From sequence record SRR2962707_536: 36,092 nt of DNA. One strand, given 5' to 3'. Position 1 is the stretch's first letter, and every line of letters begins with the position of its first letter. The notes under the pieces are model-generated. The model searched no databases, was not told where the DNA came from, and was given only the letters and a program-made list of their open reading frames with translations. Both the position numbers and the translations under genes were made by a program. Shown here piece after piece: positions 19,611 through 28,627 of this stretch.

Positions 19611-20508
19611 GTCATCTGTGCTTCCGCCCTTTGCAAATCTGATTGCTTTCGATGCCGCAGCGCGTCACGGGACATTTACCCGGGCGGCAAGTGAGCTGAA
19701 TGTCTCGCAACCGGCAGTCAGCCGACGCATCGCCGATCTGGAGCGGGATCTTGGTGTCAGGCTTTTTAGCCGAGATACCAAACCGCCTAGATTGACCCCT
19801 GTCGGTCAAAGATTGTTTGAGGTGCTGCGATCAGGTCTGAGCCGACTTGAGGCAACGATTACGGAAATTCGAAACGAAGCAACCGGTGTTAAACTCACCA
19901 TCGCGGCAGCGCCGGGGTTTATGTCTTTTTGGCTTGTGCCACGTTTGTCAGAACTGGTGCAAAGATTTCCCGACTGTGATTTGCGATTGATGACAAGCGA
20001 ACACGGGCCGATGACGACACAGGCGGATATTCATGTCCAATTCGGTGCAGGCGATTGGCCCGGGGTGCAGCAGATGAAGATTATGGGCGAAGAGGTTTTC
20101 GCGATTTGCAGCCCCCTCTATCTGCAAAAACACTCTGGCTTTATTAATGCCGAAGGGTTGCAGAACGATAAGCTGCTGCAACTGTCTGATAGTTTTGAAA
20201 GATGGTACGACTGGCGCTCTTGGTTTGGAGTGAACGACATCCCGGTCAAAAGCAAGTTAACAACGCTGGACTTTGACAATTACAGCCTTTTGATTAGCGC
20301 GGCCCTGGCTGGAGAAGGTGTGGCGTTATGTTGGTCCGGGCTGCTTGATCAATATTTGGATTCGGGGGCGTTGGTGCGATTGCCTGGGGCCTCTTTGTTG
20401 TCACACCGCGGGTATTATGTGACCTGTGCCCACGGTGCTGAGCCGGACAGCCTTGTGGCCCAGTTGATGGATTGGTTTGCCGAGACCGCGGCGACACCGC
20501 CGGGTTAA
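19606..20508 (+). CDS. LysR family regulator (GcvA-like)
   Basis: LPP...LIAFDAAARHGTFTRAASELNVSQPAVSRRI..LE; WLVPRL. Confidence 0.93.
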   Translation: MMSSVLPPFANLIAFDAAARHGTFTRAASELNVSQPAVSRRIADLERDLGVRLFSRDTKPPRLTPVGQRLFEVLRSGLSRLEATITEIRNEATGVKLTIAAAPGFMSFWLVPRLSELVQRFPDCDLRLMTSEHGPMTTQADIHVQFGAGDWPGVQQMKIMGEEVFAICSPLYLQKHSGFINAEGLQNDKLLQLSDSFERWYDWRSWFGVNDIPVKSKLTTLDFDNYSLLISAALAGEGVALCWSGLLDQYLDSGALVRLPGASLLSHRGYYVTCAHGAEPDSLVAQLMDWFAETAATPPG

Positions 20509-20538
20509 AGGAGTATTCTCGTGCCAGACGTGGGCGGG

Positions 20539-20658
20539 TCAAAGGCAGTCTAACAAATGCCATTTTGTGTTCTCTGGGGTGAGTTCGACCGGTTCCTAGA
20601 TACGTCCTGCGCCAAAACGAATTGCGGTCGGATAGGACCAATTTGCGGTCAGAGACAA
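20539..20658 (-). pseudogene. Iron-containing alcohol dehydrogenase remnant (N- and C-termini only)
   Basis: Manual translation LSLTANWSYPTAIRFGAGRI*EPVELTPENTKWHLLDCL*: a Fe-ADH N-terminal motif joined to a (N)PVELT-type C-terminus. Confidence 0.75.
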
Positions 20659-20752
20659 AGGCAATTCTTTCATTCAAATTTGCGGAACTTCAAAGGTCCG
20701 GACGGGCGGCAACACTGGGCTGCGGATCCTCTGAAAACTATTTGTTTGTCGG

Positions 20753-21115
20753 TCAGGCGCGTTCAAAGCCACGGGCGATTTCCCAGTCTGTAACGGCCTT
20801 GTCGAACTCTTCCTACTCCGCGGCGCAGGTGTAGTGATCTACAACATCGTCGCCCAATACTTCGCGAAGGAATGTCGAGGCTCGCAACGTTTCCGTTGCT
20901 GTCAAAAGTGAGCGCGGAACCTCTGGGGCGGCGATGTTTTGGTAGACTTCGCCAGTAGATAGTTGCAGCACTGGCTCTCTTCGAACGAAATTAATGGCGT
21001 GAAAGCACTTGCCCATCAAGCGGCCTTGCATATCAACGATACAGGCCAGAACCGTATCGATTTTGCCGTCTGCGACCTGCGGTTTCAGCTCTTCGAAACT
21101 CAGTTTACCTGACAT
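20753..21115 (-). pseudogene. Glutamine synthetase family (gamma-glutamylamide synthetase) remnant
   Basis: N-terminus IDTVLACIVDMQGRLMGK fused to C-terminus VPRSL...LGDDVVDHY...AE*EEFDKAVTDWEIARGFERA*; internal stop and large deletion. Confidence 0.88.
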
Positions 21116-21459
21116 GTGCCGCCCCTTCTTATTTCGCAGATGGACCCAAACTTGTGTCGCTTCGCCAACGGTCGGGTTCCAACAAAAGGCTCACACCCGG
21201 CTTGTCGGTATTTCCCGATGAACACCGCTTTTCGACAGCAAACGGGATATCGACATCCAACGAAAGCCTTAGCTCTATTGAAACCACTGTTTGTTGGAAT
21301 GCCTGATCCAAGTTGGGGATATTCCAATCGTTACAAAATCGACCGGTTTGGGGCAGAATGGCTGGCAGTTTATCGCTTTATGGCTGATCTATCGACGTGA
21401 GGCAGTGGACAGTCTTGGTATCTCTGCTTCCTTTGCAACGGCACATACGAACCACATCG

Positions 21460-21672
21460 TCATGCGCGCATGGCCCTCATCCTTAGCCGAGGAATGACGG
21501 ACGCCCATGTTGCAATGACAAAGATTGCTACTGATCGATCTTGCCGGTGCGGTCTTCTGTCGCTCTGAGACCGACGGAGTTCCTGCAGGTTTTCTCGGTT
21601 CTTGTTTTTAGCGTGGCCGTCGGGGGCGAACTCAGCAACTGCGCGCATCATGTCAGAAGATATTTGGTACAT
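21460..21672 (-). CDS. Small hypothetical protein divergent from LysR
   Basis: GAGGGA RBS before ATG; position typical of a small LysR target gene; no recognisable domain. Confidence 0.4.
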   Translation of the reverse strand: MYQISSDMMRAVAEFAPDGHAKNKNRENLQELRRSQSDRRPHRQDRSVAIFVIATWASVIPRLRMRAMRA

Positions 21673-21753
21673 CGCTTCAGGTCCCTCATGTTTGCATTTC
21701 AGGTCCCTATTGCCAGATTTTTATGCCATATGCTAAACAACTAGAATCCTTAA

Positions 21754-21772
21754 ATGATAGAAAAAGTATCAT
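21754..21772. promoter_or_regulatory. Inverted repeat at the LysR start (possible autoregulatory site)
   Basis: ATGATA-N7-TATCAT overlapping ATG 21771. Confidence 0.4.
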
Positions 21773-22655
21773 GACAGAGATTGATTGGAAGGCGCTACCC
21801 TCTCTCGTATCCCTGCGCGCCTTTGAGCTGACGGCGCGGAGTGGGAATTTCGCTACGGCAGCGCGGGAGCTCAATGTAACGCACGCGGCCATCGCACAAA
21901 GGGTGCGATCCTTGGAAACTGACCTTGGCGTTCCGCTAGCACGGCGTTCTGGCCGGACGGTCGTTCTAACCGAAGCGGGCGCGCAACTGGCGAGACACCT
22001 GACTGAAGGTTTCGGAACAATCGCTGAGGGGATCAGGGAGTTGCAGGCGGATCAAACCCAAACCCCCCTGCAAATCGCTGCAACAGTCCACATCTCCCAA
22101 GCGGTGATCCTTCCCAAGCTCCACGAATTTTGGGAGCGTCACCCAGATATACAGGTTTCCGTCATGCCGTCGCAGGACGTTGTGGATATCGTCTCACTTG
22201 GCTTTGATCTCGCAATTCGCGCGACTGCGATCGAACCGGATTGGCCCGGTGTTACCGCCGAACCTCTCTTCGAAAGCGAGCTTATCGCCGTTGGCGCGCC
22301 TTCAATGGTGAATGATGACATGGCTCCGCTCGACCAACTGCCATGGATCTGGACGAGAGGGGTTAAGTCTGAAGAGCAGGCAATGAAGACGTTTGGCCTA
22401 GATACACAGAAACTGAAGAATGTTGATATTGGCGTCCCTTTTCTTCAGCTCACTCTCGCCCGCCGGGGTTTGGGACTTTCGTTTACCACCGAGGTCCTTG
22501 TTCGAGACGATCTTGCAGCAGGAGACTTGCGCCGCGTTCCCGTGTCTTCGCCCGTATCAATCACATACTATGCCGTCACGCCGGCCGGCGCGGTTCGACC
22601 GCAAGCACAAGCCTTTATCTCATGGCTGCGTGGAAGCATTGCCAAGCGCGGCTGA
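21771..22655 (+). CDS. LysR family regulator (GcvA-like)
   Basis: DWKALPSLVSLRAFE..AR.GNF..AARELNVTHAAIAQRVRSLE; FDLAIR. Confidence 0.93.
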   Translation: MTEIDWKALPSLVSLRAFELTARSGNFATAARELNVTHAAIAQRVRSLETDLGVPLARRSGRTVVLTEAGAQLARHLTEGFGTIAEGIRELQADQTQTPLQIAATVHISQAVILPKLHEFWERHPDIQVSVMPSQDVVDIVSLGFDLAIRATAIEPDWPGVTAEPLFESELIAVGAPSMVNDDMAPLDQLPWIWTRGVKSEEQAMKTFGLDTQKLKNVDIGVPFLQLTLARRGLGLSFTTEVLVRDDLAAGDLRRVPVSSPVSITYYAVTPAGAVRPQAQAFISWLRGSIAKRG

Positions 22656-22860
22656 GGGGTCGCGCTGGTTTGCTCTACTGTAAAAACTGGCCGATGTATC
22701 GGCTCTTTGCGGCCGAAGGGTCAGCTCTGAGTTGATCCTGTGCTAGCGGTCAAAAAACACCCAAATCGCAACACGCCCAACGAACTGAGTTCGGGTTGGT
22801 CTGCGGGACTAAGTTAGTATTCGCAGCAGCTGCGCCAATGACAGCTTTTAAGTTTGCCGA

Positions 22861-22882
22861 ACAGGTCTCGATGCAGACCTGT
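22861..22882 (-). terminator. Hairpin downstream of the secreted hypothetical gene
   Basis: ACAGGTCT-N6-AGACCTGT, 11 nt past the stop; weak U-tract. Confidence 0.4.
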
Positions 22883-22893
22883 GAGAGAGCCCA

Positions 22894-24384
22894 TTAAGGG
22901 GCACAGTCTTGCTTAACCGCATAGAGCTGACCCTCTCCAATGACCAATGCCGATGTCGGTTCAGGCAACACCCCTATGACACCGGTGACCCGCTCCTCGG
23001 ACCCGAGTTTTGTGAAGCGTTCCATATCCTTCGAAACATGAATCTCACCTGATCGTTTGTGAATGACAAGGTAGGTTTGCCAAGGTTCGACATAGTCGAT
23101 GCTGACTTCATGTGGCCACGGAACTTCCACCGGAAAGTTACCGACTCTATGGAGCGAAAGGTTGTCATTCAGGACAAATAATCCAATCTCAGACTGGATG
23201 ATAGTCAGCCCCCCTAAGAATTTAACGGTGGGATGGTTACCAATCTCCTCATAGGACAACACCTGTATTTGAGTCAGCGATACGCCATCGAGAACCACGA
23301 TGCCCTCGTCTGAGTGCACGAACACTGGAGTTTCGCGGGAAATGGTTATTGGGCGAGGGTGATAAAGGATTTTTTCGCCAGCCACGTGACTTTGTGAGGT
23401 TAGGCCTAGAATGAGTTGCGCCTCTGTTTCATCTGGGCCAAGCAATAAGAAGTGTGGCGGCAGCGTTTCAGGTGTTTCCTTCCAAAAACCAAAGCCCGTC
23501 GTTGTTGATTGAGACCACGGTCCAATCCTGCCGATCCAATTCTGACTTGCCGTATGATATTCCCAAGTCCCTGCGGGAAGAGTTGTAACAAAATCCAATT
23601 CGTCTTCGGAGAAGCGAAAAATCAGCGGCTCAAAGACGCTGTTGGAGGGAAATAACCGGACAAAACCGTTACCGACCTCAATTTGCGCATCCTGAAAGCT
23701 GGGAAGCAGGCGATCCTCTCCAGTCGCGTCTATTAAGATTCTGGTCCACTCCCCAGCAAACGGTCGGAACCACAGGGAGCTGCTTTCTCGCACTATTGAA
23801 CTGTGTGGTCCCGTCAAGGCCAAAGCACCGTTGATTTCAGCGATGGTTCGGACCGAAACTGTCTGGTCACCATTGAACACCGGCAGATCAACATTCTCAC
23901 TGGTACCACTGGCTTTGATCCTGTTCAGCGGGTTTGATGAAGCTGCCTGCCAGTAAACATCGCCGGCACCTTGGTCAAAAAACGCACGATCATAGCCTCG
24001 AGTGGCTTCAATCGGTTCCCAACTCGTAGCATTAGAGCCAAAGCGAAAAATCACTCGCGGGCGAGCCCCAAACCCAAAGGCCTCTCCATCTGGCCCGACA
24101 TGGATACCGTGCTCGAACGCAAATCCCCATACATGCGGAAAATCATCCTCCACTAAGGACAGGCTTGAACCATTGAACTCGTATAGTTCTTGGCGATTAG
24201 CTGCCTTTACGATCATCCCATCAAAACCCGGAACGGTGCGTGGCGACGTTGCAATCCGGTATGGCTGTTCAAATTCCACAGGTAGCTTTGCCTCGCTTCC
24301 CGCTACGGGTACGACACAGAACTCCTCTGCATTGGCCATGGTCGCCCCCATAGAAATCATCAATATGGAAAGCTGTTTATACAC
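22894..24384 (-). CDS. Secreted hypothetical protein, probably all-beta (propeller-like)
   Basis: 496-aa ORF; signal peptide ending ANA; beta-rich with recurring Trp/aromatic motifs; more AT-rich codons than its neighbours. Confidence 0.75.
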   Translation of the reverse strand: MYKQLSILMISMGATMANAEEFCVVPVAGSEAKLPVEFEQPYRIATSPRTVPGFDGMIVKAANRQELYEFNGSSLSLVEDDFPHVWGFAFEHGIHVGPDGEAFGFGARPRVIFRFGSNATSWEPIEATRGYDRAFFDQGAGDVYWQAASSNPLNRIKASGTSENVDLPVFNGDQTVSVRTIAEINGALALTGPHSSIVRESSSLWFRPFAGEWTRILIDATGEDRLLPSFQDAQIEVGNGFVRLFPSNSVFEPLIFRFSEDELDFVTTLPAGTWEYHTASQNWIGRIGPWSQSTTTGFGFWKETPETLPPHFLLLGPDETEAQLILGLTSQSHVAGEKILYHPRPITISRETPVFVHSDEGIVVLDGVSLTQIQVLSYEEIGNHPTVKFLGGLTIIQSEIGLFVLNDNLSLHRVGNFPVEVPWPHEVSIDYVEPWQTYLVIHKRSGEIHVSKDMERFTKLGSEERVTGVIGVLPEPTSALVIGEGQLYAVKQDCAP

Positions 24385-24685
24385 CCGTTCTCACCGCTCA
24401 AATTCCTGCCAATCATGATTTGTAAATCAAATGCGACCATCTTCAGAAGTGGTTGGCTTGATCGCTTACATTTCTGATAGCAGACATTTGCAAGCTGAGC
24501 AGCATCCGTCACTTCGGGCTCACTGCCGACCTTGGCGGTGCAGATGCCGCGCTGCAGGATCACTTATCGCACCAGTGTTGCGCAGACGCATGATTTGCGC
24601 CGCTTGGACGTTGCAAAACCATGCGTTTCCGCAACACGCCCAACGGACCGTTTGTGACCAAATGCTTTTTGGGAGGTGTTTGTCC

Positions 24686-25405
24686 GTGCCAAAAGATCAA
24701 CTATGACTCCAGAAAAGGCGGGCATTGATCAACCGCCTGATACATCATGGATAACGAATGCCAGAGCTAAATGGGAAAATAGCCTCTCGTGAAAGCCTTT
24801 TCTGGTGGGCTGTTTTGGGGGGAGTCGCATCTTCTCCTGGCTGGATTAGTCTGTTGGTGCGCTTATTTGACATCGATCTGGCGGCGTTGCCGATGCTGGC
24901 TCTGCAGTCATATAGAGACTTGACCGCGCAGTTTCTCAAACTGACTCTTTTTTGGACAACCTGGAAACCACCACAGCCTTTAGTGGATCTATTGGTTTTA
25001 CATATTATGGTCTCAGGGATCTGCTTGAGAGCCGATTTCATAGCAAAAGGCCCGCTTTTCGAACACAAATAGTACTATAAAGAAAGTAAAGAAGTCGTTC
25101 ATTTCTGGGTTGGCCTACTCATCCCGCTTTATCTACCCCTGCATATTATCATCAGGAGAATTGCCTACGGGGATGGTCGCAAGGCGGCTAAGAAGCGTTT
25201 TTCGTGGATACTTGAAACCGGGGCGTCCGATACGGCCAAACAAGAGGAATGGAGTTGGGAGTTGAGCTATTCTGAACGTGTTAAAGAGCGGTATGCTGCC
25301 ACTGTAAAATTTCTGTTCTTAGGGTTTGTCGTCATTGCAACGACGTCCTCTATATTTTTCCTAGTGGATGTCGCGCTCAAAGTCGCATCACAAGACGTCA
25401 CTTGA
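24686..25405 (+). pseudogene. Degraded hypothetical membrane protein gene
   Basis: The frame of ORF 24758-25072 stays open for 110 codons past TAG to TGA 25403-25405, with further TM segments. The upstream GGGAGG/GTG 24686 and ATG 24703 segments are stopped or out of frame. Confidence 0.55.
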
Positions 25406-25612
25406 TCCAGACGGTTTGCCAAAACCATACGTTTGTGTCACCGGCGAAAAACACCGGTTTGGGGCATTGAGTATAAGCCGAGCATCCGTATCTTCTGCAG
25501 ACTTTGTTGAAGATGAGACAAATCAATTTTCAGCTTTGTAGCCGAGTCCTGTGTCCTAAGAATCTGTAACAAAACAAGGGTATGTGAGCCAAGAAGCGGA
25601 TTGATCCGCACT

Positions 25613-27070
25613 TTAGTAAAGATCAAAATACTCGGCTTGTTCCCATGCGGAAACGGTCAGGTGGTACCTGTTCCATTCAGCCCGGCGAATACGGCTCAGG
25701 TAGTCGACAAAGTCGTCGCCCAGAGCGTCGCGATAAAAGGCGGAAGTTTCAAATTCCTGAATGGCGGCCAAAAGGCTTTCGGGAAGTGACATCGCCGGAC
25801 CGTCATAGGGGCTTTCGACCGCGTCGGGGGCGACCAATCCTTGAGTCACACCATCGAGACCTGACAGGATTTGACTGGCAAAGAAATAATAGGGATTGGC
25901 CGTGGTTTCGGCCACTCTGTTTTCAATCCGAGAGGCTGGATCGCCGGGGGCCATCAATGCCCGCACCATGGCTCCGCGATTGTCACGCCCCCATTGGATA
26001 CGATCCGGAGCCAGTTGATGGGGGCGATAGCGCTTGTATCCGTTCACGGTAGGCGTGGTCAGTAGACAGGATTCCCGGGCATGTGAAAGAATGCCAGCAA
26101 TCCAAGACTGCGCGATTGGTGTGAGTGCATTTTCAACCTCAGGGATCATCAGGTTTTCACCGGTCGAGGCCCCGACCACAGATTGATGCAAATGCCATCC
26201 GCTGGCCGCGGCATTCTCAAGGTTGGGTTTGCACATAAACGTGGCATGCAAACCCTGTCGGGCGCAGGTTTCTTTTACCATCGTGCGGAACATCATCATG
26301 TTGTCGGCATGGGTGAGCGGATCTGCCGGATCAAAGGTAAATTCGAATTGGCTGGGGCCCATTTCCACTTCCATTGAGCGAATGGGTAATCCGAGCGCCT
26401 GACAATTTCGTCGAAGCGCATCCATCACATGTTCTAACGCACTATAGCGGGTTTCCGTCAGAAACTGGTACCCCGGCGCGAGGTTCCGGGTTTGGGGCGG
26501 TTGCGCGGGCATGGTTGCGTCGGCGTGTTCCAGCTTGTCATCGGTTTTTTCGAAGACGTGAAACTCAACCTCTAAACCGACCACCAAGGCCATGTCGGCC
26601 TTCGCCAATTTGTCTATGGCCGTTTTTAAAACCGTTCGGGCGGCAAATGGGATCGGCGCGCCGGATTTGTAGCAAATATCGCAAATAATCCAGGCAGAGT
26701 GCGGAGACCAGGGGAGGACGCGGAATGTGACTGGGTCAGGAACCATTAAGACATCGCTTGCCCCGGTCATATTTCCCGGAACATCGGCGTCTTCTGACCA
26801 TACCGGAAAGACCGTTGCATGGGATGTGTCTTTCAGCAGTAAAGTGGAGGGCACCGCCAATCCCGTACAAAAGATTGAAAGGAACGCGCTGGCGACAATT
26901 GTTTTACCGCGCAGAACCCCATGTTGATCCGGAAACAAAACGCGGATGGTCTCTAGCTCTCCATCCGAGACTTGCTGAACCAAATCTGCGGCGGCCGAGA
27001 TGACTTCGGGAGGCAACAGACCTTTTCGCGCCAAACTTCCCTGAGAGATCGCATCGTGAAAATTTTGCAT
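25613..27070 (-). CDS. Glutamine synthetase family protein (gamma-glutamyl amide ligase type)
   Basis: FPDQHGVLRGK, GLEVEF, EVEMGPSQFE, SGWHLHQS, NGYKR, NRGAMVR, RIENR; start moved to ATG 27070 to avoid overlapping the Rieske gene. Confidence 0.9.
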   Translation of the reverse strand: MQNFHDAISQGSLARKGLLPPEVISAAADLVQQVSDGELETIRVLFPDQHGVLRGKTIVASAFLSIFCTGLAVPSTLLLKDTSHATVFPVWSEDADVPGNMTGASDVLMVPDPVTFRVLPWSPHSAWIICDICYKSGAPIPFAARTVLKTAIDKLAKADMALVVGLEVEFHVFEKTDDKLEHADATMPAQPPQTRNLAPGYQFLTETRYSALEHVMDALRRNCQALGLPIRSMEVEMGPSQFEFTFDPADPLTHADNMMMFRTMVKETCARQGLHATFMCKPNLENAAASGWHLHQSVVGASTGENLMIPEVENALTPIAQSWIAGILSHARESCLLTTPTVNGYKRYRPHQLAPDRIQWGRDNRGAMVRALMAPGDPASRIENRVAETTANPYYFFASQILSGLDGVTQGLVAPDAVESPYDGPAMSLPESLLAAIQEFETSAFYRDALGDDFVDYLSRIRRAEWNRYHLTVSAWEQAEYFDLY

Positions 27071-27125
27071 GCAACGGGTCCAAACTGGTTTCTGTGCGCT
27101 GGGCGACGGTTCGATTAGAACAAAC

Positions 27126-28445
27126 TCAAACTTTGGCGTCCCAGTCAATGCATGCAGCGCGACGTTCTGCATCGCTGCTGGCCGAAACTTCGCGCCAGCG
27201 GCTTTTGTCACCAATCGTGTCATTCGAGATTGGCCCGCACACTGAACTTGCCTCAACGCCGTTGAGCATAGGAAGCGCATCGCGGTCTCCGGCTTCAAGG
27301 CTGGCAATTGCGGCGCGCATCATGCGACGGTATTTGATAATCGCGACATCAGTTTTGCCAAGGTGCTCTTTGGTTCGATCAAAAATAGGGCCGGGGCTTT
27401 CAACGGCCCATTGGTCATGCACGTTTATGTCCAACCCCATACCGGTATAGGTCTCTTTGGCTTGTTCATCTGGGTTATACCCATAGTCATTGCGCTTGTT
27501 TTTGATCGGCGCATAGTCGGGCAACCGGTGTTCTTTGAGCCGCTGAGCCCGCATAAGCTCTTTGTCGACCGGCTTGGTGAAGCTGGTAAACATCGAGTAC
27601 CAATAGCAATTCTCGTCATCAATGGGCACGTGCCATTGGGTGATAATCATCTCTCGGGACATCGGGATCGAAATGGCTTCGGGGAAAATTTGGTTGGTGA
27701 TCCGAACGTGGGTTTTTCCGTTGTCCAGATCGCGCAGCGCAATGATGCGCATGCCATAGTCCGTTTCCTCGACAGTAATGTCAGGGCGGGGATAGTCACG
27801 GAGCAGTTTGGTCATCGGGATATCTGTGTCAGCGGCCTTGTCGCGGAACTGTTTACCGTAAGAATCCGCCGGGTCTTCGTCTTCGAGAAAGCGGTGCAGG
27901 AATGAGGCGTGGGCCGGGTCGATCCCAACCTCCATGGCTTGAAGCCAGTTGCATTCCCAAAGACCCTTGAAAGCGAAAACATGGGATTCGGGCGCGCGAA
28001 AGCAGTCGAAATTCGGGAATTCAGGTGGCTCCCCCGGACCCATATAAGCGAATATTATGCCGTTTTTTTCGACAACAGGGTAAGACGTCGTCTGAATGCT
28101 TTCATGCATCCGCGACCCTTCCGGTTCTCCGGGCTGTTCGACACATTGCCCGTTGCGGTCAAAATGCCAGCCGTGGAACGGGCAACGCAATCCGTTGTCT
28201 TCCAATCGACCAAAGCAAAGATCAGCACCACGATGGGGGCAACCACGCTCAATCAGACCCAACTCCCCATCGCTATCCCGGAACAGGACCAAGTCCTCGC
28301 CCAAAAGTTTGACCGGAACAACAGGGCGATTGTTGACCAATTCGTCGCTTAGGGCGGCGGGCTGCCAATAATGGCGCATGACCTCTCCGGCTTTTGTTCC
28401 GGGGCCGCTCTGAGTGAGCATCTCATTCATCTCTTGGCTGATCAT
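27126..28445 (-). CDS. Rieske non-heme iron oxygenase alpha subunit (phthalate 4,5-/chlorobenzoate 3,4-dioxygenase-like)
   Basis: CPHRG-x14-CPFHGW Rieske motif; CNWLQAMEVGIDPAHASFLH mononuclear Fe motif; HDQWAVES; EHLGKTD. Confidence 0.92.
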   Translation of the reverse strand: MISQEMNEMLTQSGPGTKAGEVMRHYWQPAALSDELVNNRPVVPVKLLGEDLVLFRDSDGELGLIERGCPHRGADLCFGRLEDNGLRCPFHGWHFDRNGQCVEQPGEPEGSRMHESIQTTSYPVVEKNGIIFAYMGPGEPPEFPNFDCFRAPESHVFAFKGLWECNWLQAMEVGIDPAHASFLHRFLEDEDPADSYGKQFRDKAADTDIPMTKLLRDYPRPDITVEETDYGMRIIALRDLDNGKTHVRITNQIFPEAISIPMSREMIITQWHVPIDDENCYWYSMFTSFTKPVDKELMRAQRLKEHRLPDYAPIKNKRNDYGYNPDEQAKETYTGMGLDINVHDQWAVESPGPIFDRTKEHLGKTDVAIIKYRRMMRAAIASLEAGDRDALPMLNGVEASSVCGPISNDTIGDKSRWREVSASSDAERRAACIDWDAKV

Positions 28446-28509
28446 GTGAATCCCTTTCCTGCGGCCAAGCCGATCCTTATTGGAAACTTGCTTGGTGTTT
28501 TTGCGAACA

Positions 28510-28530
28510 TTTGGTCTAATAGCGCACAAA
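28510..28530. promoter_or_regulatory. PcaR/PobR-type IclR operator
   Basis: TTTGGTCTAATAGCGCACAAA matches 16/21 positions of the PcaR/PcaU-type site TTTGTTCGATAATCGCACAAA (consensus as I recall it); lies between the divergent Rieske and IclR genes. Confidence 0.65.
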
Positions 28531-28627
28531 TGAAATAATGGCGCAATTGAAATTCGATTTGCCTCGCTGAAAACTTGTGGCAGGAGTACGTGCTATCGGA
28601 TCAGGCCAGATGAATGGGGAGGGCAGG

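Noticed and set aside
17882-25405. Pyrrolysine or amber readthrough (MttB nearby; in-frame TAGs at 20596, 20813 and 25070)
   Set aside because: MttB itself has no TAG, no pyl genes are visible, TAG serves as a normal stop in the window (e.g. 3154, 29428), and the TAG-bearing genes carry other lesions.
25613-27070. Housekeeping glnA
   Set aside because: Divergent from GSI, no glnB/ntr context, and operonic with a Rieske oxygenase.
27071-27307. Long N-terminal extensions given by the ORF track (GS, flotillin, AraC, LivF, LivG)
   Set aside because: They overlap neighbouring genes; downstream starts fit family lengths and mostly have a better RBS or promoter context.
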